Below, one piece after another: positions 39,099 to 53,545 of a stretch of 64,000 nucleotides of DNA. The DNA is from Octopus vulgaris (taxonomy: Eukaryota). The position numbers were made by a program, and so were the translations under genes. Under the pieces are notes generated by a model. It made no database searches. It was given only the letters and a program-made list of their open reading frames with translations, and was not told where the DNA came from. Within the stretch, counting starts at the first letter, position 1; each line of letters opens with the position of its first letter. The stretch is taken from NCBI GenBank assembly GCA_951406725.2, contig OX597816.1, positions 130,696,001 to 130,760,000 of the forward strand, read 5' to 3'.

Positions 39099-40843
39099 AA
39101 TTATAAATCATGTACGTGTATACTTTAATACATCTGCGTTTCCGTACAAGTATGCGTTTGTGTAAGGAAAAGAGAGAAGATTAAAATAAAACTCCCTGAA
39201 TTAGGCAAGCAATTAAGGTAGATTGCTAAGTAAAAAGCTGATCTATTGTGTGCAGTGGCAGGTCTCAGGTTAAGTTTACATGGCCGATATATTTCTTCGA
39301 AGTAGCGGCTGATTAATGAAACACATTTAGAATGTACTGAATATACACACTTATTTTATATCTAGTTCAGTAAATAAAATTAGAAACACAGACTTATTAA
39401 AAATTGTGCTTTATGTGTGATTGAACGAATGGAAAGAGAGCTTATAGAAGAGAGCAGAAAAGAATGTGAGACGTTACAAGAACTAATGGCTTCTTAGTAT
39501 TTTTAGTATTTCTTGTGATATTTTAAAGTGAGTAACTTGTTTTCGAACTCTGTCTAATATAGCACCTTGCTGTTAGGTGCATAAGCAATCTAATGTTACT
39601 TTTTGAAAAAATATACATATCAAGAAATAACGAAAAAAATTCTGTATAGGACATTGTTTGTATAAAATGATATTTCAGGCTGTAAGGAAAGAAAATTGCT
39701 GAAGGAAGGTGCCATCTGATATACTGAATATAAAACTCTGAATATTTAAATTTCGTAATGGAAAGCATTGTCGAGGAAGAGTTTTACACAGTTTAGGGTT
39801 TTAGAATTTATTTGGAGTTCAATGAAAGAATAACCCAAAACGAAGGAGATAAATTTTCTGATTCTAATGTGTAATCGAAATCAAAGGTGCAAATCAATGA
39901 ATTTATTTCCTTAGTGGGAAGGAAATGAGCTTGTGGGACATTCATAGACTTTTGGAATAGAATAAGTAAAGATATTTAGCTTTAGTTAAGAAACGGAATC
40001 AACATTTGGAGATACTGATTTGATTGTTTTTGATCTGGAAGAAGGGCTGTCCATGACCATGACCCTTTCATACTTAAAAATTAAGTTAATGTTCTTTACG
40101 AATAGTTGTAAGCTGACAGCTGTTGGAAAAATATGAACAGGAAGGCAAAGAATCGACGCTCGGAGGTTGCAGAGTAACTTCATACCAATAACTGTATGGC
40201 CATTGCAGAATGTAGTCTATAATGCAGTATATAAACACTGTCCCAAGTGCAGGATTTTGGATCACGCCTTCAGTTTGGATCACGCCCGAACTTTGCCGAA
40301 GACATAAAATATTTTCTGTCCCTGGAATTAATCGATCTGTTGCAAGATATTTTATCGCCAACTTCCGTAACTTGGGTATTTCTGACTAAATATACACTAA
40401 TAACTACGTATTAATTTTCAAAAAGCTGGTTTTAAAAACTAGCGAAATAAAGAAAGCAAACGCATTGTATTGAAACCGAATCACAAATGTAATACAAGAG
40501 CCAGTAAGCAGTTGTGGCAAGGATGAAACAAACAATAATAAAAGCAAGAATAATGTAAACATTATAACAATGGTAACAACAACAGAAATAAGCAAGCACG
40601 ACATCTAAAGAATCTAATTATTGCAGTGTCACAGTTATGAAAATATGGCATTTCTTTGTTGAGTCACAAACACTGTCATAACTGTGACATGTTATTAACA
40701 TATCAAACTGTGTGACGGGGAGGGCGGGAACAAAATTAATGCATAAAAACAGCATGTGTATTCAGATTAGTTCATCAAATCCTGCTGTTATTATTGTCAT
40801 TCATCATAACGATAATGATGTTGACAATGACAATGTTTATAGC

Positions 40844-40888
<45 letters not shown>

Positions 40889-41039
40889 ACTGTATGGAGG
40901 ATGGAGGTGAAGATCATGTAATACCGCAGCATAATTTATGATGAAATATCGATATTATTAATTTCACTATTGCATAAATTGAATGTATTTTTAGCATCTT
41001 CTATTGCAGAACTATTTGCGAACTCTCTTAGTACAAGAG

Positions 41040-41830
41040 TAGATATACTATTGTTCTGTTCACTCATGACTACATGCATCATAGAAGCAGTTTTTTTGCT
41101 TCAACCTCTCGATTCGTGAGCCAGCTCCACTTCAAACCAAAATATGGTAGACTTTCTTATCGATCCCGGTACAAGAAGGTCCAGCTACTCGGTCAATTAC
41201 ATAATACTAGCGTCTTCACTAACACATTTTGCATCACATTAAGTACGAACTGAACCACTTAGTCACCTACGCGTGATTTGTTTATAGTGGAGAAGGTATG
41301 TGCAGAACCAACGACACTTCTTAATCTTGCCGATGACACCAAGATCATGAAACCCATAGACTTGGAGCACAACGAACATAAGACCCTTTTGTAAGAATTA
41401 TTCATTTCTTAGTGCGCCAACCAAAGCTAAAGAGCACCTATCCGCCTGAAAGAGGGAATATTGCACAACAGACACAACACTAAAATATGAAACTTACTCC
41501 AAGCTCGTTGCCACGCAAACAATGAGCTTCATAATCTTTTATGAGCTCTCATGGTGAGTTCAAATAAAACTGCGAAAAATGCATTCAAAGACCAGGGTCT
41601 TGTTTAACATCAAAATATATGAAAACATAAATCGGTTACTAAGATCTACAAAGACAAACTAAAACACACTCGGTTCACATATCTACTAATTCTCGGGGAA
41701 ACATCCCAGACTACATTGAAAAGAATATTGGCAAAGATTCACTCCCCCTCATCTTCAATCACTGGCTCATAAACGCGTTATTCCTTTTGTCTGCCTCTTC
41801 TAGAACCACTAAAATGCTCAGAACTCTTTT
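41040..41830 (+). mobile_element. Highly decayed CR1/Jockey-group LINE RT fragment
   Basis: LADDTKI (GCCGATGACACCAAGATC, 41329-41346), upstream DFL.D, and downstream remnants LSW and YKDKLK...RGNI. Heavily frameshifted. Confidence 0.5.
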
Positions 41831-42029
41831 TACATATCTCTTCCATCAATGCTCATCTGATACACTCGTATATTCTTCTCTTCTCCTCTCTGTAGTGTCT
41901 CATCTCTTCTATACTGCACTAAAAAAACCTTTAACGCAATCTTTAATCCCTGCAAATTCAAATTGCTGGAATCACCCCCCACCACCTGCAGATGTTCAAA
42001 GCGAACATCAACTGCGTCTATTTTGGTAG

Positions 42030-42505
42030 CATCTGCAAAGAGTGAACTCTATGTTCAACTGATGGAACGACTCAACACGGCTATTCAAGAGAAAAGACCT
42101 AATCGACAGCATGGAGTTCTTCTGCTGCACGACAACGCCCGCCCTCATATCGCCAATATGACCAAGGAAGCCATTTAAACGCATGGCTGGGAAGTGCTGC
42201 CGCACCCGCCGTACTCTCCTGATTTGGCACCAACGGATTTCCACCTCTTTCGATCTCTTTCAAATGCTATGCGCGGGATTTCGTTCAATACTGATGCAGA
42301 ATTGAAAGCTTGGTTGGATCAATTTTTCGTGTAGAAATCGGGTGATTTCGACCAATGAGGTATTGAAAATCTTGTTGAACGTCGGGAAGAAGTTGTAAAC
42401 AACAAGGGTGAATACATTATTGGTTAATTAGCTGTTAATTTTTATTAAACCTTTAAAAAAATTTAAATTAAAAAAAACGGCGAGAACTTAGTTGCCAACC
42501 TAATA
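42030..42505 (+). mobile_element. Mariner transposon 3' fragment (cecropia-subfamily-like), pseudogene
   Basis: LLLHDNARPH...AI*THGWEVLPHPPYSPDLAPTDFHLFRSL. Ends in TIR ...GAACTTAGTTGCCAACCTAA followed by TA. Confidence 0.92.
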
Positions 42506-42511
42506 TCTATC

Positions 42512-42560
<49 letters not shown>

Positions 42561-43058
42561 TGTGCAAGTGGCTTTATTACACAAGAAAGTCTGCTTCATT
42601 ATTGTTTATGTAGGTATACGTGTGTCTCTCTGCATGTATTCCATATACACATGCGATTATGTGTATATGGCTTCCCTCTTATAAACAAGGGACTAAATTC
42701 AAAAGCAACGGTTGTTCCATCATCGATATAATTGCTATACACCAAGCTCTTATGGTATTTCCACTGCCTTAGGAATTTAGTATATATGTAAGTGTAGTTA
42801 TATACCTAAAGGACTACTTTATCCCACGTGTAAGCATATGGATATGAAAATAAACAGATCAACATACTTTCGGATAGGTACATAGGATATATGAACAGAC
42901 AAACACACGTACGCAAATGGAGACTGAAAAACATGATCATATATACACACACACTTTACTTCACACAAGGACACATATGGAGACACGGATCCACACATAT
43001 GGAGATGCACACCCATACATATAAACACGGTACATAGTTCCAAAACACACACACGCAC

Positions 43059-43101
<43 letters not shown>

Positions 43102-43379
43102 TGCACACACAAGGAGGCAGAGGTCCATACATATACAAACACACGCGTACACACATACATTAAAACATACTTAAAGAAAATCTTCGAAAGGGTATGTTCT
43201 TACTTTCAGTGTTTCCAAATCCAAACCAAGGAATTTCTGAGCTGAAGATAGAAATGTTGTTTTGACTAATCTTGAAACGTACGTACTCAAATAACCTTAC
43301 ATATGCATACACATACATACATACATACATACATACATACATACATACATACATACATACATACATACATACACATGCA

Positions 43380-43435
<56 letters not shown>

Positions 43436-43455
43436 GCACTCAAAATTTGAGTATG

Positions 43456-43496
<41 letters not shown>

Positions 43497-43528
43497 TCAA
43501 GATAAGCAACAAGGATATCCAGAGGTAA

Positions 43529-43615
43529 TGCAGTACGATCGTTTCATGCAACTCCATTTAATTGAACAATGCAATCATTACATCAATTTAAAATGCAGAG
43601 CAATATTCAGCTGCA
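43529..43615 (-). ncRNA. Type I hammerhead with long stem II and one core substitution
   Basis: Minus strand: TGCAG-CTGAATA-[about 58-nt stem II: TGC/GCA, CTC/GAG, CATTT/AAATG, AATTGA/TCAATT]-GAAA-CGATCG-TA/CTGCA. Palindromic stem III ACGATCGT. Core position G8 is T. Adjacent to (TA)n at 43461-43492. Confidence 0.7.
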
Positions 43616-43729
43616 CAAATAACATAGAATTTAATTAAATTAGAACAGATGGACACATTAGTATAATTATACTTAAAATCTCCAAGAAGTTAAGGAGATA
43701 GACAAAGAACATGCTGTCTCACTCCAGTT

Positions 43730-43978
43730 TAGAAGTTACTTACATCCTGCTTATGTTTCCTTGCTCGCGGCAACATAGAAGTTCTCTCGTTTCTGTCACC
43801 TTCGACCCAACGAAACAGGATGTAACCGTTGGGTGAAGTGTTGCACCACAGCGTGGTTGGTACACATTTCCGTGAAATGAAGTACCTTTCAAGGACATAA
43901 CGCACCGAGTGTCCAGAAATTGAACACACATTCTTATGACCAAGAGACGAATACCATAACCATTAGGCCTCGCACCTT
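43730..43978 (-). mobile_element. Diverged tRNA-derived SINE
   Basis: Reverse complement GAAGGTGCGAGGCCTAATGGTTATGGTATTCG...GTTCAATTTCTGG...TGTCCTTGAAAGGTACTTCATTTCAC. Confidence 0.6.
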
Positions 43979-43980
43979 CA

Positions 43981-44030
<50 letters not shown>

Positions 44031-45254
44031 ACACACACACTAACGCACAGACACACGCGCGCACACACAAACACGCACACATATACACACGAATACATTT
44101 AAGACCTCATTTTCTAAGACCAAATAAAGATTTTTTTCGAAATGTGATGGAAGTAAACCCATTGCAATGTGGTAATGCTGATCATACAAATACACACATA
44201 ATTACATACACACTCATAAATACATACACACATATATATATAGGTACACACACACAAATACACACATACACACACATATATAGGTACACTCACACATGCA
44301 AACACAGGCGGGTGCACGCACACACTTACACACACAAACACGCCACACTCATATAACTGTATATGTCTGGACATGTTGCTATTCCTGAAGGTATAGTTAC
44401 TCAGAAACACACACGTACTCATACAGACACACAAACGCACGCATAATAACTCAGATACACATTCACATACCCACCTACATTCACCCAGCCACACATATGT
44501 GTGAAGGAATGTGCGAAGATAATTACCGGGTTGAGCGCTGTTATTTATAGCCAAAACTCCTATAGCTCACATAGCTCATACATCATACAGATGCAGTTTC
44601 TCGTTGGGTAAGGCCTAGAACCTACCTAATTCGTGTTTGTTATTTAATGTTACACTGCAATGAAAACAAAGTTATTTGAGAATATGAGAATATATATATA
44701 CCACAAAACTGACTAGTGGACATTGAACACTGCAGGTTAAGGCATATATATTTAAAATAACTGAAATAATTTAACCCTGCAAACACTTCATTCATGCTTG
44801 GAGAATGTATGCAGTGCTTTTAAATGAAACACTTCCGCGATCAGAAGATATAAACGTTGCACAACATTAGAGAGACGCTTAAAATTTATTAAATGGTGGG
44901 TGACTGTGGCAAAACTGTTTAAGGTGAATGGACCTACTGTGAGGAGATGCCTTTAGATTGTAGAAATATCAGTTGGGTGAGGGTTTATGCCTTTAGTTGT
45001 CAAAGTAATCCTGGATCTGTGGGGTTCCTTCATTAGCCCTAGTTGGCGGTTCTCCTGTATTAGGAGGACTGCATATCCATGAGTTCAAATACTTTGTATA
45101 TCATGTATACTTCTGTCTCATTTCGCATTCTTTTCTTCCCACCACTTATCAATTTTATGTAAACCCTCACACAAATTGTAAACTGTCTTTGTAATAACCC
45201 CCTCATCTGATAACCCAGTGGCAAATAAAAGAATCATCATCATCACTATTATTT

Positions 45255-45475
45255 TTTCCACTACAGGAACAAATCCTCACATTAATTTTTCTTTTTGTAG
45301 AGGCAGTCAATTACATCCATCCCAGTACTCAACTGATCCTTGTTTTAGCGACCCCAAAATCATGAAAGACAAAATCAACCACGGTAGAATTTGATCTCAA
45401 AATGTAAAGACTCGGAACAAATGCCGCTAAGCATTTTCTCCGACGCTCTAACGATTCTGCCAGCTTGCCAGCCTC
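45255..45475 (-). mobile_element. Family-A SINE monomer, diverged
   Basis: GCCGCTAAGCATTTT...CTAACGATTCTGCCAGCTTGCC. Confidence 0.75.
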
Positions 45476-45892
45476 TTGTCCTTTATAATAATCTCCATTT
45501 TCACAGGTATGTACTTGAAAATTGTGAAAATCCCGCCATTTTCATTCTCTATCACAGTCAGGGATATGCTTATACTATTTTCCTATAGCTATGTTGAGGA
45601 TACAATTCCTTGTGCGTTCCAAGGACGCTTTATAGCAAACCTTTTAAGTGTCTTGATGTACCAACTATAAGTCCTTTCCTTGGAATTTGAACCAGTTATC
45701 AAGAGAACATTAGGTCCAATTTCATCATTAACTATATCATATCATCATCACTTTAAACAGAAAATGGAACCCGAAAACCTTGATACTTTCACTTACTTAA
45801 AAACGACATTGTTCGAAGATAAACATAAAGAATAATTAAGAAAATAAGAAAAAAACAATAAAGAAAATTCTACAATATAACACCTGCATTTG

Positions 45893-46455
45893 AAGGCGGC
45901 GAGCTGCTAGAAGCGTTAGCACGACGGACAGATTGCTTAGCGGCAGTTCGTCCGTCTTTACATTCTGAGTTCAAATTCCGCCGAAGTCAACTTTGCCTTT
46001 CATCCTTTCGTAGTCGATAAAATAAGGACCAGTTAGGCGGTGGGGTCGATGTAATCGAATTACACCCTTCACCGAAATTTCTGTCTTGTGCCAAATTTTC
46101 AAACTAATGAGAAATCTGTGTGGTTAAGAAGCTCTTTTTACAAAACAAGTGATTTCGGGATCAGTCCACGGCTTCTTAGATAAGTGATTTCTACTGTAGC
46201 CTTTGTGAGAAAATCTGGGAGACGAAAACTGTTTAGAAGCCCATCATAAACATATATATGTGTGCATTTTTGTGTTTGTTCCCCCATCATAGGTTAACCG
46301 GTGCTGGTTTGTTTACATCTCTGTAAGTTAGTGGTCGGGTAAAAGAGAACAATAGAATAAGTACTAGACAAAAAAGACAAACTGGGGTTAATCTTTTTAA
46401 TTAAAACATTCAAAGTGTTGCCCCAGTATGGCCACAGTCAAGTGACTGAAACAAA
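45893..46455 (+). mobile_element. Family-A SINE monomer followed by family-B SINE
   Basis: AAGGCGGCGAGCTGCTAGAAGCGTTAGCAC... then TGTGTGGTTAAGAAGCT...GACGAAAACTG...GTGACTGAAACAA. Confidence 0.8.
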
Positions 46456-46702
46456 TCTCTCTCTCTCTCTCTCTGTCTTTTTCTCTGTCTTTCTCTCTCT
46501 CTGTATTTTTCTCTGTCTTTCTCTCTCTCTCTCTGTCTTTCTGTCTGTCTGTCTCTGTGTCTTCCTCTCTCTTTCTCTCTGTCTCTCTCTCTGTCTTTCT
46601 GTCTGTCTGTCTCTCTGTCTTCCTCTCTCTTTCTCTCTGTGCCTTTCTCTGTCTGTCTGTCTGTCTCTCTTTCTCTGTGTCTTCCTCTCTCTCTTTGTGT
46701 CT

Positions 46703-46733
<31 letters not shown>

Positions 46734-47091
46734 GCACACTCACACACACACACACACACACACACAGAATAATGAACGAATGAAAAGACAACAGGAAAGT
46801 AAAATGGCAACATAAAAAGAATAATTGAATCTCCTAATTTCTCTCACATGTATTGTTTTCATATAATGCAGTTTTGAAGCCACTAAAAGTTTGGTTAATG
46901 ACATCTTTATTACGATGTGTTTAAAGACTGCAATTGTTGGTTATTTTATGACGGAAGCTGTGCAACTGAAAGTTGTAAAAGCAGTCACTTTAGCAATATC
47001 ATCATTTTCTCATTAAAAGATCACCTGTGCATATGTATGTGTGTATATCCAATGCATACATATAGACATACATATACATATATATCTGTAT

Positions 47092-47132
<41 letters not shown>

Positions 47133-47419
47133 TGAGAGTGAGTGAGAAACAAATACTGCAAGAAAGTAAAAGTTATTACCTAATTAACTGATGAGTTTAT
47201 TGTAGAAGAAATACACGTTAGGGACAGGACATTACTTGTTAGACTTTACATCATAACACCTAGCTATTCTTCTGTACATAAGGGAATAATCGTTTATTTG
47301 CTGGACGAAGACTGAATGAGGTACTTAAGCTGTGGCTATACATATACATGTGTACGTATGTATTTATGTATGTATAGACGCACTCCCATACAGTATATAT
47401 CTATGTATGTATACAAGCA

Positions 47420-47478
<59 letters not shown>

Positions 47479-47620
47479 TATAGAGGGCATTGCTATACAT
47501 AGATGCCCTCTAAATAATATAAATAAATATATTTAAGAGAAAAATTGGTGGGTTTTTCTCTTATGAGGTTTTTCACGCTAACTACTTGATAAATTCTTAT
47601 AAAGATTTTATCCTACTTTT

Positions 47621-47668
<48 letters not shown>

Positions 47669-48109
47669 CAGACAAGTACGCTGCCAATTTCAGGTACTCT
47701 TGTCTGCAGACGTGTGCCGGATTATCCGCTTTATTCGAATTTCCGGATTTACATGAGGCATACAAAAATGATTGAGGGCAAATTCCTAAGAGATTGTGGC
47801 TTGTACACAATATTTCGCTGTTAAACAGTAATGATCCGTCTTTATTCACTCCCTATAAACATTTTTCAAATCCTTTAACTGAAATATGAAGGAACAAATG
47901 TTAAAACAAAATTCAATGCCCTGTGCTCACCTCCTAAACGCTGGGCCCCTAATCGGATCCACCCAGGAGACGTGATTGTGGAGGGCATATATTTACCTTT
48001 TCCTTTTTCATGCTAGATCATTGCATTCAATGCGGTGAAGGTAAATTATATATTGACTAGTTATTCTGTGTGTGCCTGTATGCCTATCTGTCTGTCGCTC
48101 TCTCTCTTT

Positions 48110-48151
<42 letters not shown>

Positions 48152-48393
48152 GTGAGTGAGAGAGTGAGTGAGAGAGTAGTTTGGACGTTAGCATATGGTG
48201 TTAGATTTAATTTTAACTATATTCGTCTTTATATTGTAATGTTAAAGTACAGGGAGCGTGTTCCTTCCTTATATGCATGCCGTAAAGGAAGTTGATAATG
48301 ATCGAAAGAAATTTAAGTGTCCTCATATAATTATGTTCGAATTAAAAGAGGTACCGGATCATTAGTTACCGAAAGAATCGGTAGTCTCTCTGA

Positions 48394-48466
<73 letters not shown>

Positions 48467-48493
48467 AATCTAGCTAGTTAGCTATTCATATGT

Positions 48494-48566
<73 letters not shown>

Positions 48567-49269
48567 TATATGTGTGTGTGTGGGTAAGTATATATGTATC
48601 TTTGGGTAACAGCATTTTTTTTTCTCTGAAACGTTATATTAAAAAGACGACCGTGTTCTAATTTAATCTATTGTTATTGACGATTTATCTCCTCTGTGTA
48701 TCAGACTCTTTTATTTTGTTTGGAACAATAAACCTTCTAAATCTTTGTTTCATCCTCGGAAAAAAAAAATTCATTAGAAAAGGCATACTCATGTCGCAAC
48801 ACAAAAGCTGAAGTTAGCGTATAACATTCACGGGTTACAAATGTAAATTCGATGAATTAGAGCATTCTCACAGTCAAATTCTGGTGTGGAAGTTTTGAAT
48901 GAGCATAAGCCGTCCACAATTACAAGTGCATCGCATAAGCGAAAGTCACTTCACTTCCTGAAGATGTGACTTCAATAGCTTGGAAAAGTTGATAAAGATG
49001 AATTTGGGAACTTCATTTTTTGGAGGATACTAATAGGCTCTGGTATGCAGATACGAGAAAACTTTAATAAAAATATATAAAATTAAAACATGGTCGTGTT
49101 TTTAATATAACACACAAGCACATGCAGAGAAGAAAGGTAAAAACATCCCCCACAAATCAAGTGTTAAATACAGAAATAACAAAGAGAAGAAAATGCTCAG
49201 TTACTTTTGCATTGAACTTGTTCGATGATGACGACAACGACAAATCTATAATCGAAACAATTGAAAATA

Positions 49270-49670
49270 TTGATTTCAAATTTTGGCACAAGGCCAGCAA
49301 TTTTGGGGGAGGGGATAAGTTGATTACATCAACCCCACTGTTCAACTGGTACTTATTTTATCGACTCCGAATGGATGAAAGGCAAAGTCGATCCCGGTGG
49401 TATTTGAACCCAGAACGTAAAGTTGGAAGAATTCCCCTATTTCTTTACTATCCACAAGGGGCTAAACACAGAGAGGACAAACAAGGACAGACAAACGGAT
49501 TAAGTCGATTATATCGACCCCAGTGCGTAACTGGTACTTATTTAATCGACCCCCGGAAGGATGAAAGGCAAAGTCGACCTCGGTGGAATTTGAACTCAGA
49601 ACGTAACGGCAGACGAAATACCGCTAAGCATTTCGCCCAGCTTGTTAACGTTTCTGCCAGTTCGCCGCCT
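49270..49670 (-). mobile_element. Family-A composite SINE
   Basis: Two core units plus reversed head TTCTGCCAGTTCGCCGCC. Accounts for the 185-aa ORF at 49122-49679. Confidence 0.9.
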
Positions 49671-50240
49671 AAACAATAGTAGCAAATATTATCTACCGTG
49701 AGGCTGGAATAAAAAAAAAAAACTTGATAATTTCTTTAAGCCTTTGGCTTATTTTCTACACGAATTTCTATCAAAACATAGTATACCATTTAATTTCGAC
49801 AGAACAAAAGGATAAAATCATAGTACATTGAGAATAGATTCAGATCTGACGATAAAACGAAATGGATATAGACTATTATGAAACATCTTGCTTTATTCAT
49901 GTTTGAAGGCAACATATATGAAAAATTAACAACTATAATCAGGAAGTAATACAAAAATTTAACGTCCAAGTCAATTTCTAAATTAAACGTTTACCTGATA
50001 AAGAATGCGACTTAACATTACAATTTTAAATACAAACCAAGAAATTTTTATTGATATCAAAAAATATACAAAAGTAAGATTATAAACGAAGCTAGCAACG
50101 AATCGTCATCTATTCGTATAAAAGTCCTTTGGCCAGACGACTTAAAGGCCTAACTTGAGAAGATCTGAATGCACCTATATGCATGGTTAGAAACTGGTTC
50201 CTTCTCTATCGTCCAGACATTTTGTAATAAAACTGAATGA

Positions 50241-50304
<64 letters not shown>

Positions 50305-51786
50305 CTGCATATGCTAAATCCACTGTGTTTACACATGCCTAGCTATAAAATTTAAATTTTAGGTGTTGCGAACCTTCACTCCTATCCTTAGGTAGGCAGA
50401 GATTTATGGCTCATCTGTTTAGCATCTGGAAAAACCAAATGTAGGTTACAGGGCTATGTATTCTTGTGGCTCTTAACTGAGATCAAAAAGAATAACAGTT
50501 TTAATAAATAATAAGTATGGCTTGGTATTGTCGTAGTTAATAGCGAACATTTCTTATTAGTTGAAGACAAATGGGTCGAGCAAATAATTATAATATAGAT
50601 TCCTATATAAAACAGAAGTAATGAAATGTGTATGAAATGGGAATATAATGAAATGGGATATAATGCATATGAAGAAAATCAGCTTGAAATTGAGACCGAG
50701 CATGTGTTGTGGCGTCCACTGACCAGCAGCTTATCGTTATTCTAAAGTGTATAACTCATATTTTATTTACTGAACGTATATGATGATGTGCATAACATTT
50801 TGAATATATTATAGAACAAAATTACAGAGTAGGCACTGGGCTTTAAGAAAAAGGATGGCATCTTGTTGGCTGTTTCTAGAAAAATTTGAATAATACTATA
50901 GAAAGCGTCTTTTATAAAGAATGGAAGGGAATGGAATTTGACTGTTATGGTGTGAAAGAAGTAGTTAGATAAAAACAGGCACAAATTATACACGACGTTA
51001 TAACAACTTGTCATGGCGAATAATTTTGATAACCAAATTAACGAGCAACACTTTAAAATGTCTCTAATACTTATGTTGTTTTATGAATGCAGATCATGAA
51101 AAACTATAAATTTCCAACCTCATAAAGACCGTCGCTTTGGTAAATTTAGGCTCAAGTCAGTAACTTAACCTCACTCCATTATAACCTTACCTACACGAAA
51201 AACAGGGAAATTATGCTTAGTTTCTTGCAGTCTGTATTTAAAGTGTTCTTTTTTGATTTGGAATTTTCCATTCTCCACCTTATTAATTTGGTTACGTAAC
51301 TTCCCTTGCCAAATGAAATGCACGTGATATAAAGTGGGAAAAAAAACACATTTAAGATTGAAAACAAAACATAATAGCTGTTTATTTGATTTTAGTGATT
51401 TATTGCGCATAATTTTCTTCTTTGTTTTCATAGGCCAGTGAGCGGCATCACGTATTGCTGGGCGTTTATATGTCGGGAAAATTATAGTTACAATTTGAGA
51501 TATGTGTGCAGATTTATGTAGAAATACAGGCAAATTTACGAGCAAGAGGCGGGTTTTCAAATTGCTTCTGAAATGTATAATATATTACCTGAATGATTTA
51601 AGGAAGGAAGAATGGCAAATAGTTCTGCTGATTACATTTAGGCTCATATGTGCTAATGTGTTTTTTAAAAGAAACCTTAACACCTGTACATATATATAAC
51701 CAATCATGCAAACATATCTCCGCTTATATATATGTATATACACGCACGCACACATAAAACTCACACACATACATACATAAATGTAT

Positions 51787-51849
<63 letters not shown>

Positions 51850-51892
51850 CATACATACATACATATATACATACATACATACATCCATACAT

Positions 51893-51959
<67 letters not shown>

Positions 51960-52311
51960 GTATGTACGTATGTATATGTATATAAATAAACGCAAATATG
52001 TTTCAAGCGTCGGAGAACCTCCAAGCCACTCTGATATGACAAATATGTATTATCGCATGTCTGTGTAAAAGATATTACCCACAATGTTAGAAGTGAAATA
52101 ATGTTAAACAAAACTATATAGATTTACTATATTCCGAAATATAACAAACATAATCACGCTCAAGGTAGGCACCTCAGATCAGCTGCGGAACATACTGACA
52201 GAGCTAGATACCCAGACTTTAAGTAGGCCTTAAAATAAACGTAATAGAAGGCCGAACAGGCGTGTGAAGTTATGAAATTGAGATGAAGTACGTCTGCAAG
52301 GGACAAACAGC

Positions 52312-52346
<35 letters not shown>

Positions 52347-52368
52347 CATACATACATACATACATACA

Positions 52369-52400
<32 letters not shown>

Positions 52401-52407
52401 CATATAT

Positions 52408-52704
52408 GGAGGCGCAATGGCTCAGTGGTTAGGGCAGCGGACTCGTGGTCGTAGGATCGCGGTTTCGATTCCCAGACCGGGCGTTGTGAGTGTTTATTGA
52501 GCGAAAACACCTAAAAGCTCCACGAGGCACCGGCAGGGGGTGGTAATCCCTGCTGTACTCTTTCACCACTCTTTCTCCCACTCTTTCTTCTGTTGGCCTG
52601 CTCGCTTAGCCAGCGGGGTGGCGTCATTCAAAGGCTAAAACAATGCGAATGCATTGTGACCAGCGATGTGTAACAACATCTGATGGTCTGGTCGGTCACG
52701 TGAT

Positions 52705-52712
<8 letters not shown>
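52408..52712 (+). mobile_element. Well-preserved tRNA-derived SINE with RTE-like 3' tail
   Basis: A box TGGCTCAGTGG (52418), B box GTTTCGATTCC (52462), tail GAATGCATTGTGACCAGCGATGTGTAA...CACGTGATCACGTGAT running into (AT)n. Confidence 0.9.
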
Positions 52713-52760
<48 letters not shown>

Positions 52761-53029
52761 GATCTAAGTTATATGATGTATAAAAACATGTAATATACAA
52801 ATAAATATCTGTAAATATAAAACAATCCGAATTTCTGAGTACCTCATTTCTTCTAATATAAAATACCTGTACATCATCTCCAAACCTTCCAATATATATG
52901 TATGTATATATTTATATGTATATATATATATTATATATATATGTATATATAAGTATATACATATATGTATGTATATATAATATATATATAATATATAATA
53001 TATATATATATACATGTGTGTGTGTGTGT

Positions 53030-53545
53030 GTCTGTCGAGACATGAACGCTGAAATCTTGCGCAGAGTGAGAGGCGTTTGTCTAAATTAAAAATATGTTCA
53101 ATGCTCTACTGAATAAGACGTGGTATGCTAGTCTCTTCAATAGTACCGACCTGCTAGAGCGCTTACACACAGGTGACGAGAACAAAGAAACGAAGAACAG
53201 CGATTAGCTACGATGCAGAGATCATGAGAAAATCTATACTAAGAATATCATTGCAGGAAAATATCGGAAACGTGGTAATCATCCGAAAATGGAGTGAGTG
53301 AACGGCGTGACCGCCGAATATCGAACACGCAAGTTCCGCTGAGCTGAACGTTTCACAAGTTTTACTGGCAATTGGTTGAACATGCTGCTGTCTAAGTGAT
53401 CAGGAGGGACTACTCGGAAGATGATAGGAAGACAACATAGCTAAACGGTCTGTGTCCAAATGAAGAAAGGTGGCATAATCAAAGGAAGAATGAGAATGCA
53501 TTGTGACAAGCGATGTATAAGAACGACAACTGGACAGGTTGATGA
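53030..53545 (+). mobile_element. Decayed RTE-clade LINE 3' fragment
   Basis: DMNAEILRRVRG, LFNST.L, EQRLATMQRS, KFR*AE (KFRWAGH-like), terminal RMHCDKRC. Many stops and frameshifts. Confidence 0.7.

Noticed and set aside
39480-40380. Unique-looking stretch with several 60-90 aa ORFs
   Set aside because: No recognisable motifs or splice structure; possibly an old transposon relic, but that cannot be supported.
40712-40921. Poly-Asp ORF
   Set aside because: (GAT)n microsatellite.
49122-49679. Longest ORF in the track (185 aa)
   Set aside because: Reads antisense through a family-A SINE.
52408-52485. tRNA gene
   Set aside because: A and B boxes are present, but the cloverleaf is imperfect and the sequence continues into a SINE body and tail.
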